Positions 24,369 through 35,253 of a stretch of 35,353 nt of DNA are shown here, piece after piece. The translations under genes were made by a program, and so were the position numbers. Each line of letters begins with the position of its first letter. The stretch's first letter is position 1. The stretch comes from Bugula neritina (Eukaryota; Animalia; Bryozoa), in contig CAXIUT010000227.1 of assembly GCA_964035545.1 (NCBI GenBank), positions 1 to 35,353 of the forward strand, written 5' to 3'. The notes beneath the pieces are model-generated. The model was given only the letters and a program-made list of their open reading frames with translations, did no database searches and was not told the DNA's origin.

Positions 24369-26054
24369 ATGTCAAATCCTCAGAAACAGTAATCGATTCC
24401 TATTCCTTGTATTTTTAATTTTATAAAGATGAAGAAAAAAAGATGACAGATAAATGCTATCTCATAATAGGCATAATCATAATCATTGCGATCTTTATCA
24501 CTTCCTTTGCCAACTACAATAGTGACCATATTCATCGCACTAACTTACCATCGGACTCACATGGCAACGTGTGCTTGCTTGATACCTAAAAAGGAGAATA
24601 AAAATATCCTTTTCTTTATTTTAATGATGTGAATAATCCTCAAAAAGATCGGTATTTATATCAATAAGTAGTCATTGCGTTTCAGCTTGTCCTTAACCAG
24701 AGACTATCACTCAATGTTTTGATAACTGCACGATTGAGTACTATCCAAATGAAGCTAGTAGCATTCGATTTGGTTCTTTTTGCTTTCCTAAAGATTATTA
24801 TCTGAGAATCAAGTTGCTTGAAGAGGCTAAAATTATTCATAAATTCAATAATCTTCAATCAGTTCCTTACGTTATTGGCGGGGCATTGATAAACCTTATT
24901 CTATCAGGACTTTGGTTTTTACTCATGCAATGTCTACCAAAAAAAGGGTATTGGGTGGCTGGAATAATTTTGGTTGTTATTCTTGGAATATTTGTGCTTT
25001 TATTCTTTACTATTGGAGATTCTTTATTTATTGTGTTTGGTTTTATTTTTTTGGCTATAACTATCTTTTTGATTTACTATTCTTATCATAATACATAAGT
25101 AATATCGAGAACTGGTCATTTTTTTTAATACTCTAGTACTTATTTGAGCTAACATAAATCTATTCTAGTTTGGATTCCAATATTTGTAGTTTTGGCTTTG
25201 ATATTTAGTATTTTAATAAATTTCTAATACTTAGCCTTTAGCATTTACTACTCACCTACATTTAAACCAGAAAATGTATATTATACATGTTAAAGCTTTT
25301 GGCTTGATGACTTTGTTGTTACTCTCCATGGGTTAGTCATTATTTCAATCCTGAGTGATTCATGTATATTGTTAAATATATAGTTCACTTTATCATTTCT
25401 GGACTTGTTTGTAACACATATTATCGAAAAGAAGGCTCATGGTACTCACCTGGTAAACACTTCTGCATCAATAGTGGAAGTGTAGTGCTTGGATCTTTTC
25501 TCACTCTTGTTCTCTTTATTCCATCATAAATAGCTAAGATAGCCTACCCTCAAACTGATTCTTATATTTGCAATTTTTTCAAACACCTACGAGCAGATGC
25601 TTATTCTTGGATTTACCTTAAAGGCCTGCCATTTTGTTAAGCTTCTGAGAAAACAAATAATCTTTGCTAAAAGGTATCTTTTTATAACTTGAATGAATCT
25701 GTTGTTTCAGTTTATTCTCTCTTAACAACCATTGTTCTTTCAATATCGACCTTATTAATTGTCTATATCTTTGCATTGAATGATTTCATATAGTCAAAGG
25801 TACCTGCATTTCTACTTACCAATATTCTCTTTATTTGCATTGATATTTCCTATTACTGCTCTAATCTTCATTCGTTAATATCCTAGACTATCTGATTTGT
25901 TATCTTACTGAAAGTAGAAGCATAGCTGAAACAGCAGGAACAAATTTGGAGTATTGCCCTGCATAACTTCGCAATTATATTGAAGAAATATAGTCTCTGA
26001 AAATATAATAATGATTTGTTAAATAATAATTCAAGAGAATAAATTATATTTTGA
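24369..26054 (+). CDS. Choline transporter-like (CTL/SLC44) membrane protein
   Basis: KMTDKC, PSDSHGNVC, HCVSACP, many TM segments, GSVVLGSFL, AYSWIYLKGLPFCEAS; 20-nt introns 24409-24428, 24652-24671, 25364-25383; a 1-nt indel near 25892 is assumed to reach the stop. Confidence 0.85.
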
Positions 26055-26064
26055 TTTATTTGTA

Positions 26065-27940
26065 TCAAATGCCAACATCATGTTTTTATTTTTCTGATTT
26101 GTATTGAGTTCCAGAGTTTTTGACTGTATTGGTTTCGGCATCTCTTTTCAGATATGTTTGTGCATCTGAATCGACTCTGAAGTTTGAAAGAAGTGTTTGA
26201 TCTCCTCTTGTTTGAGTCTTTCGAATGTTAGCCATCTGAATTGCCTTCTTTCGGAGCTACCATTCATTCCAACAATAGTGAGGATCAATATTTTTCTCAA
26301 CAAAGTGAGTTGGAGTTTCAATTCCCTTGTCCACCATCAGCTTATTCTTAATTCCTCCTTCAACAGCCTGGTTTACAAGACTTAGTTTGACCTATATAGC
26401 AAAAGACTAAACATTCTTAAAGGCATCTTAAAGTCTTAAAAAGTAAATCAACTCAGGATGCTTCCTACATTCTGAAAGAACTCCAAGAAGATAGAATTAT
26501 GGTTCTTTCATAAAGTCTTGAATGCCTTCAACACTCGCAAAGACACTATTTTTATCTTTATATTTATATACTCCCAAATCAGGTTCTCCAGGAATCAGCA
26601 AACTATTTTAAAAGATAGCTACCCATTATGTTTGACAAGAGACCAGATGCAAAATCCTAAATAGTCACAGTCTTTCTGCATAAAATCTGGAGAATTGGAA
26701 GGCATAAAAATATCAATACCACTGTTAGGATCTTCGACTATCTCTTCAACATTTTAGGCAGGAAGAGATTCAAGTATTTCGCACACTTTTTAGTGAAACT
26801 TAGAAGAGAGACTGAGAGGAAAACCTTTTCTATATTCTTTCAACAGGGTATAAAGATGAACTTTGTCTTAGAAATATTTTCTCTCTTAGAAAATGGAAAC
26901 ATAGGCTTGAGCTAGGATAGCAAACTTGGGATTAGACTTGTTCTTTAGGAGCACTACTTTTGGCTCCAAGTAAAATTTTTAAGTCCTCGATTTATCTTGA
27001 ATACTTAAGAGAGTTAGTCTCAAAAGCTCCTTCTGATGATTAGATTTATTGGGCTAAATTTATCAAAAATGATTTATACTGTCTGATGAAGGTAAGTTAA
27101 TTTTTCAATCTTTTAAATTCAGCTGCCTGTAGATCAAGTTTTCCTTTCTGATATGTTCTAAATATCTGTCCATATTTTTCTGATTGCTCTGTGATATCTT
27201 AGACCTATTTTACAATAAGATCTTTGATATTTGTGGCTTAGTTGTTCAGAAGTTAATTTATTTTGAGAAGACCTGATCCACCTTTACCGATTTCTTGGTT
27301 ATAATAGTCTGATTCCAATAACTAAGTTTGACAATTCGACAAGTTGTACTAGCTTTTACGAAGAGCTTAAGGTTACAAAGGGAGCTAAAGCTGCTCTAGG
27401 AATAACACTTTAAAGAGCAGCAGCTACTTATTTTTAAATTTTGCTGATATTTTATTAAATTTTGCTCTTTTCCGTGATGGATTTATTTTTGAAAGAAGAA
27501 AGTTGTAAATCTTTTTATATAACTGACTGAGTCCTTCAAAATCTTTTGCATTTTTCACTTCATGATTTGTCACTTGGTCTGTATGCTCTCCAGAAGCTAT
27601 TGCCTAGTTTTGAGTCTAAGTTTGCTTGCGTATTTAAGTTTAAAGAAATTAAGTGTCATAGCCTAAGTGGGATTGGATGTACTTATTTGTAGAGAGATGA
27701 TTTTCATTTCTAGTGATTCTTTGGTAAATATTTTTTTAACTGCAGCTTCTTTAACTTCTCTCATTTCTGATTCTGAAAGTTTATCTTCAAGATAAAACTT
27801 TTAGGTTCCTAGATAGAGAGCAAGCTACTTGGGTTATAGATGGTTTGTGCGATAAAACTAGCCATGACCTAGGTGATGGGAGTATCATTTTATCTGCAAC
27901 GATAGAGAATATATTTGATAACTTAACTCAACTGGTCCAT
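26065..27940 (-). CDS. CFAP206: Cilia- and flagella-associated protein 206
   Basis: AAALESVIP..QLVELSNLVIGIRL..IGKGGSG and C-terminal WNEWELRKKAIQMANIRK; 20-nt introns 27809-27828 and 27663-27682. Confidence 0.88.
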
Positions 27941-28030
27941 ATGAAGTTATATTTATGATAATAATGATTAGATAGTTTATTTATGATAATAATGATTAAA
28001 TAATGAATTTATTTATTCGTTTGAAGATTA

Positions 28031-29019
28031 TCATTTCTCCCGTTTTATATTTGAAAAGATGAGCTTTTCAGTGGTCTTGTAAATCATGTTTTCTTACTGC
28101 AACTTACTTAGAATCTTTTGGGAAAACTTGAACTGAAGAGATAAAATTGATTATTAACTAACTGGTTAAGATTCTGGTTGACAAGATTGGTCAAGTGGCC
28201 TATCTAGATGCCTCCTTTCTCGTTGAAATCTTAAATGTACTGCATGAAAACTCTTTCAATATGTGTGAAGAGTTCCTTTTTGATGACAAAAAATATCTTT
28301 TGGACTATTCTTCTTTTCTTTAAAGTAAGTAGCTAGCTTTGTTCATTTCTGATAGTGCAATATTGATGATTTTTTAGAAGTAGGCCTTGGTAATTTTAGC
28401 CGATTTGGCGTAAATTTTTCCTTCTCTGGAGCTGGCGAGCATGTCGCTGTTGATTTGATAGCTCTGAATGTCAGGATTGAATTAGAAGACCATAAAAGCA
28501 TAGCTCATAATAAAAGTTTTAAGCTATAACATTTAATAGGTTGTTTATTGAGTTTTGTTTGACTTTATTTCAGGAGACAACCTTTATATTTTTTTAAAAT
28601 ATAGATCAGCTTAATATTTAGGAAAATTATTTGAAGCTGCTTCAATACTGTACTCAAATTATTTTTAAGGGGTGATTTGTTTGTATGAGCGGACGTGCAG
28701 TTTTAAGAAGCTGAATGAATTTTTAGTCCCTCCCAAGACTTTTTTATAACCTTCTCCTAACACTATCATGCTACTTCCTCTTTTGGGAAATGAGTCTTCT
28801 TACAGAAGTCGCTATACATGATTTCGCATTCGGCTGTTTCTGTTCCATCAGATACTAGATAAAAAGGAAGTTACGATGGAGGGAAAATTGTTAGTCATGC
28901 TTGGTGATTTTTAGGAGCACTCCAACAAACTTTCCAAAGAGTGTGTCTTAAACCGTGGCAAAATGGAGCTAACACAGCTGGTGGACTAAAAGCATTTGAT
29001 GAGAGGCGCGAATTTACAT
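28031..29019 (-). CDS. OB-fold plus winged-helix protein, STN1/RPA2-like
   Basis: N-terminal GKFVGVLLKI..FSLHLSDGTETAEC..MIVLGEG..LHVRSYKQI pattern; C-terminal ILSKLQEENMIYKT resembles the RPA32C/STN1 winged-helix end; 20-nt intron 28855-28874; indels present. Confidence 0.5.
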
Positions 29020-29282
29020 TTGAGTCAATTTTATATTTATAAAGGTCTAAAGTCATATCTGTGACTTAAACACACACTAAAATTATATAGCCTTTGAAAA
29101 GATTCAAGTATTGCTCTTTTAAAAACAAAATGATAAATAAAAGTTGAAATATCGATTTCTATCATAATTTACAAAAATAGATTATCTTTTGCATAAACTG
29201 TCAATTTGTTGGCACATAATAAAATAATCCTTAGCTATTAATTTAGATAAGGCTAAATAAGATATAATAATGAATGGTTTTA

Positions 29283-31119
29283 TCATAATTTATAAGCCTA
29301 GACATACTGTGTAAACTGGTCGATAATATTTCCATGGCTGTCATAAGCAAAGTGATCGACTTTATCCGCATAGATTTAGCTCAGCCACATGTTATTGCTT
29401 TTACTGTATGCATCAAAAAGATTAACTGTGATATCAGGATGACACATCTCTGATATAATAGCTCCATAAGCACCATCTCCAAGATACACTGTCCCATTCT
29501 ACTGAGGAGTGTTGCCTATCAAAGGTTTAGTTCTTTTAAAAGCATGGACGTGATTTTCAAAGGCTGCCATCACTTTGTATTTATCGAAGTTTGGAACCCA
29601 ATGGAATAGAGCATAAAGGTATCGAGTAGGATTTCGATCAAAAGCCTAACAAACTGAGTAGATAGGCACATGATAGTTGACAAATTTTATTTTGTTTTTA
29701 TTTTATTCAAAGCCATTGATCATTACTTGTTTCTGGTGTCTAAATAATGAGATAAGTACCCTTAGAAGTGGTGTAAGTATCCACTGTCTAAAACTAAATA
29801 ATAAACATTAGCAAAACTAATACCAAAAACGCTGCTTCTATGTTTGAGTGGAGGAACTCTTTTGATAATATGACCATCTAAATTTCTATCATAGTGTTGA
29901 GGGAAGTATAAGAAGTAGGCCGGTCCATAGTTATTAACTGTGATGTTGATACCTGGAAGTTCATTTAACCCCACATCGTGATTACCTACTCCAGCTACGA
30001 TAGGCATCAAGTAGCCGAGAGTAGAAGTCAATCGTCCATACATTCCTAGGAAGTAGTCCCATGTGTAGGCGCAGGCAGGCATGTTGTCATCATATGCGAT
30101 ATCTCCTCCGATGAAGAAGATATCAGGAGAAAGTTTGGTAGCTATCTTTGAGAGGTTGACTGCAGCGTGAGTATAGCCAGAATCTCCAGCGTTGATCATT
30201 CTGATTGGTCTTGAGTTATTGGAAGGAAGTGTGCGGTAGATGGCATTGGTCCAGTACTGATTGTTATAGAAAACCTTTGTGAGGTACTTGGTGTCAGGTT
30301 GAAGTCCTGTTATCAACGCGGAGTGAACTTTTCTTGAAGCTTTCCATTCAATTCCAGGGTAATCATATCCTTCAGCTGTGACATTTTTAAATTTGGTTGT
30401 TTCTTAGGTGTAAAGTTCCTGATAGAATACAGTCACTTTATCGACTGAAGGATGAGTATGCAGATTCAAAAAGAAAGCATAAGATGGATCTTAAGGAACT
30501 GTAGCGTACATTTGACATGGTGCACCCACTGGACAAGATTATTTGAGGGAAAGCATCCTGCTTAAATAAGTATTGACACCAAAACCAAGAGACTCATTGT
30601 AGTATCCTACCTCACAGTTATAAAAAGATAGACAAGTCTTGTACATCAAGCATGGAAACACTACTGCACAGATGGCAGCTATTTTTAACTTTTTTTGGAT
30701 TAGGGAGTCAATTGAAGACATAGTTTCAGGTATCTTTAAGAGTGGGCAAACGATGAATGATTTGTTATTTGTGATTCCATTTTTGTCTGCCATTATCAAG
30801 AAAGATTTTAATAGTTGAAATTAGCATCATTCCTAACATCCCTTCGAAAATATTGATTCCGTCGAAGGCACTCCAAATAAGAGGAATCATCGTAAGACTT
30901 ATCCATGCTCCATTAAAGCAAATGTCCTTCGTTTTAGTAATCCAGGGCTTTTTGTAGAAAGGATTTGCTGATACTTTTTTATACTTTGCTGATGATGAGG
31001 TATACTAGTCCAAAAAGAAAGGCAATTGCAAGAAGAACAGCGGTTCCAATGGTTGCAAACCACTGGTAGTAGTTGAGATATTTGCCCTAGAGGTAAGGGA
31101 TCCAGTCGAATTTAGCCAT
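29283..31119 (-). CDS. Purple-acid-phosphatase-like metallophosphoesterase with N-terminal membrane segments
   Basis: Hydrophobic N-terminal region, FN3-like VHSALITGLQPDTKY, motifs GDSG, GGDIAYD, VGNHD, YHVP, FENHVH; 20-nt intron 29740-29759; indels in the 5' part. Confidence 0.87.
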
Positions 31120-31214
31120 AGTAGATATTTTATTAATAAATATCAAAACTAAGTGTTATCATACTGTTAAACTATTGAATGATAAGATATCATTTTAAAC
31201 TATTTGAGATAATA

Positions 31215-32150
31215 CTGCTATTCAACAATAGTAGTTAATACTATTCTATTCAACAATAGTAGTAGTTGCTAGTACTATTCAATAATAGAGTATTAGTTAA
31301 TACTATTCAACAATAGTAGTAGTTGCTAGTACTATTCAATAATAGAGTATTAGTTAATACTATTGAGCAATATAGTAGTAGTTGCTAGTACTATTCAATA
31401 ATAGAGTATTAGTTAATACTATTGAGCAATAGTAGTAGTTGCTAGTACTATTCAATAATAGAGTATTAGTTAATACTATTGAGCAATATAGTAGTAGTTG
31501 CTAGTACTATTCAATAATAGAGTATTAGTTAATACTATTGAGCAATAGTAGTAGTTGCTAGTACTATTCAATAATAGAGTATTAGTTAATACTATTGAGC
31601 AATATAGTAGTAGTTGCTAGTACTATTCAATAATAGAGTATTAGTTAATACTATTGAGCAATATAGTAGTAGTTGCTAGTACTATTCAATAATAGAGTAT
31701 TAGTTAATACTATTGAGCAATATAGTAGTAGTTGCTAGTACTATTCAATAATAGAGTATTAGTTAATACTATTGAGCAATATAGTAGTAGTTGCTAGTAC
31801 TATTCATAATAGAGTATTAGTTAATACTATTGAGCAATATAGTAGTAGTTGCTAGTACTATTCAATAATAGAGTATTAGTTAATACTATTGAGCAATATA
31901 GTAGTAGTTGCTAGTACTATTCAATAATAGAGTATTAGTTAATACTATTGAGCAATATAGTAGTAGTTGCTAGTACTATTCAATAATAGAGTATTAGTTA
32001 ATACTATTGAGCAATATAGTAGTAAGTTGCTAGTACTATTCAATAATAGAGTATTAGTTAATACTATTGAGCAATATAGTAGTAGTTGCTAGTACTATTC
32101 AATAATAGAGTATTAGTTAATACTATTGAGCAATATAAGTAGTAGTTAAT
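31215..32150. repeat. Tandem minisatellite, ~15 copies of a 57/59-bp unit
   Basis: Unit TAGTAGTAGTTGCTAGTACTATTCAATAATAGAGTATTAGTTAATACTATTGAGCAA(TA); no spacers; degenerate partial copies at both edges. Confidence 0.97.
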
Positions 32151-32176
32151 ATTATTTCAATTAATATATATCTTTA

Positions 32177-33710
32177 ATGTAAACATAAAAATTACTCCAG
32201 AAGGTGGGTGACCGTAATTCATTCCAAATCTACTCTATAATCTTTGTTAGTGCCAAATGGTTGGTGGTATCTTTGACTGTTTTTCTTCCTAGTTATCTTT
32301 TCATGGCTCCAACTTTTACTTGTGGTTCTTAGGAAAATGTCAAAGAAGTTGACGCTTGTCCCAAAATAGCTTAATGCAAAATCTAACAAATCTACACCAT
32401 AACTAATTATGCAGATCTTTATTGCGACCAGCAATTCGTTAGAAATTCTATAATATCTGCTTAGTTTATCGGAGTGTGGTGTGGGGTTGATTCTTCTTTC
32501 GATACTAGCAGATAAAATAGGTAGAAAAATTATCATTGTCTCTACTCTTTTCATTTCTTCTCTTGGAACTGGATGTACTTATCTTTATAAATAGTAATGA
32601 CTTTAGGATCATATTACCTTCAAATCCCTCTCATCTACGTAGGCATCATTCTGATGGGTTTTGGAGGATATTCTTTGACCATGGTCTCATATTCATACTT
32701 GAGCTAAATCAGTTGTGATTCTTGGAGACAAAGAAGTTTGATCATGACCTATGCCTTTTGGTACTTTTGTTTTGAAGTAGGGCAGTTGGATAAATCATGT
32801 TATACCCCATCATTACCTGGATTCAAGAGTGGCTGTACATCTGCGTCTTTATCTTTTGCGTTCCTCTGGCTGTACTCTTTATGATGTCACTATTTCTAAT
32901 AGAACCTCCTGAATTCTTTTTTACTCAAAAAAGGTATACTGAGTGTTTGAATAGTTTGAACTATATAGCCAAATTCAATGAAAGCCTCTTCTTGATAAAA
33001 TAGACTAGATCCATAAAGAGTAGGCAGCTCAGCAAGAGACAGTAAAGTTGTAGGACACTTTTTTCAAGGCTAAATACTTGATTCCACTAATTGTTTTAAG
33101 TTTTGCCCAGGCGTGCAATAATGGTTTTTACTACACAATTCAATATTCAGTTGACGACTATGGCTATCGTTTTTAAATCAATATGCTAGTGATAGGTTGT
33201 TTGTAGTTTATCAGTTGCTTTTTCACTAACTTCTTTTGCGATAAAATGAAAAGAAAGCTGTGGATAGTTATACTGATGATTTTGTCTGGAGTTTTTGGTA
33301 TTTTGGTTGAAGTAACTGATAATCAACTGACTGATATTATCTTTTTGGGCATTAGTAGATTGTTCAACACAGTTGGATTTGCTCTTTTTGGACTTATCTC
33401 TTCCTAAACTTTTCCTACTGCTATCAAGTCTACAGGTCTAGGAATAACTTAAGCGATGTCTAACTTGGGCAATATGGGAGCTCCTTTTATTGTGACTTTT
33501 TCTCAAAGTTTAAGAGTAAAAGCTGTATTTCTGGGAGGATTTTTAAATTTAGCAGGTGGGGCTTCAATGTTGATAGTTAAGGAAACTAAAATAGATAAGG
33601 TAGTATAAGATGAGAAGGATAGGCCATAAGAAATGCAAAAAAGTTCATAAGAACTAGATTCTTTATAAAAGAACTTACTTGTTAAAGTAAAATAAGCTAA
33701 ATAGTAGTGA
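32177..33710 (+). CDS. MFS transporter, organic cation (SLC22)-like
   Basis: LADKIGRK motif A, LIEPPEF, SSETFPTAIKSTGLG, LIVKETK; Cys-containing loop after TM1; 20-nt introns 32575-32594 and 32761-32780. Confidence 0.88.
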
Positions 33711-33776
33711 TCAGCATATCTAAATATCATTATAAATAATACTAATTGAAAGAAGAAGAAGCAATATATATAGACA

Positions 33777-35074
33777 TCACTGTTTCTTTTTTTAATCTAC
33801 TCTTTCTGGTTGATTTTACCCGAACTTTCTTGTGATTTAGCACTGATTCCAAATATAAACTATAACTGATATACCTGCGAAGATGAGGTAGAGGTCACTC
33901 CACAACTTGTTGATTTACTAGTTTCCTAGCTATATTACTTATTTTCTATGCTGATAGTAGGTATCAACAGACATGGATATTTTATTGAAAACATTGATAA
34001 GTGCTACTATCTAATTTCTTTTGTAAGGAGTGGGGTAGCCTAGTAGTATTTTCAGAGCTGTTCCTATGCCATACGTTTGCATCTTACCAAATATTCTACA
34101 TTTCTAGCATTAAACACAGTTAAGAATATTAGAAATATTGTGGATGTATCTTTGATACTGCTTTACCATTGGATTATCTCTGGTAAAAAAGTTAAAAAAC
34201 TATTCCTCTCCAATAAACAAATCATACCCCTATAACTAGCTCATCAAAGTGATCATCAGCTATCTTGCCTTAACATCCTATTGGAAGTTGTCTGACTGGA
34301 TGGTTAGATTATGTCTGAAGTAAGGGGCAGCTTATGTGATTGATTTGGCGAGTAATCTATACAAGAATAATAGATTTTTTATTCTTTAAGGATGGTTGAG
34401 CACTCTTGACTCGTACTCTGTTGAGTTGAAGTTAAATTTTTAGTTGGTGTTGCGTTTTGAGATCGGCCCATAGATTTTGTTCTTGTGAGTGTTTGTAGAA
34501 TCGACTGAGATGGGTGGAAATGCTTGTGTGAAGGCCGCTGATTATGTTGTAAAATATTTTCTATTCAAAACACATCTACGAATATTGCTTCATTGATCTG
34601 AAACAGTTCTACTCGTAGACCAAGTTCCAGATAGAAGAGCCATTGTAGTTAGTGAAAGATTCAATATTGGTATTAATGTCAAAATATTCCCCTTTATCGT
34701 TTGCTTAGTCTTCTACATGCCAGACCCAGCCAGCCCTATCCTTCTACCTTTCATCAGCCCACAGATCTTTTGATTTTATGTGACTTCTTACCTTCTATCT
34801 GTTCATCCAAACCTCAGGAATATCTTGCTCGTTGCATCTACACACTGCACAACTTTTACTCCTACAAATCCTTTTCATCAGACCTAGCTGACACTCTGGT
34901 TGACATTGAGCCTGATGATCCTAAAGTACTTGGTTTGCGTGAGTTTTTCGAGAAGAGGGGCTATTTTTTGATTTACCGATTGGAGATTATCTTCTTGAAG
35001 ATAAGGAATAAATTGCAGCATAAAGAATCCTAGAATGAAGAGAACAATCGGTAGTAGAATTTTCTGATTTTCAT
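33777..35074 (-). CDS. ERO1: ER oxidoreductin 1
   Basis: Signal peptide, YFRIIRLN, ESFTNYNGSSIWNLVYEENCF, ISGLHTSISTHL, active site [35 protein letters not shown]; 1-nt indels near the 5' end. Confidence 0.93.
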
Positions 35075-35253
35075 GGAGTTATTTGGTAACTATTATTAAT
35101 ATGTAAAAACGTATATATTAATTAGCCAACCACAATAAACTTATTATTGATATATTGTTTTCAATATAACATTTTATTCAATAGCTTATAAAAATTAATA
35201 GTTTATATTTTGATCAGATTCTAAAAGAAAAATATATATAAATCATTACTTGG

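Noticed and set aside
25886-25900. In-frame TGA readthrough (Trp/Sec) in CTL
   Set aside because: A 1-nt correction gives ETILICY, which fits the family C-terminus better; Trp is TGG elsewhere.
31215-32150. CRISPR array or repeat-encoded protein
   Set aside because: No unique spacers, no cas genes, eukaryotic context; most units are 59 bp (non-3n) and contain TGA.
1322-35033. Most short ORFs in the supplied track
   Set aside because: They were computed with TAA/TAG as stops, so they are fragments, wrong-frame or antisense shadows of the real genes (e.g. 34701-35033 is antisense to ERO1).
198-35074. Standard ciliate code (TAR=Gln) or split code (TAA=Lys, TAG=Glu)
   Set aside because: TAA sits at catalytic or invariant Glu sites (TEGE, WGSFE, GEEG, YEVE), and conserved Gln sites use CAR.
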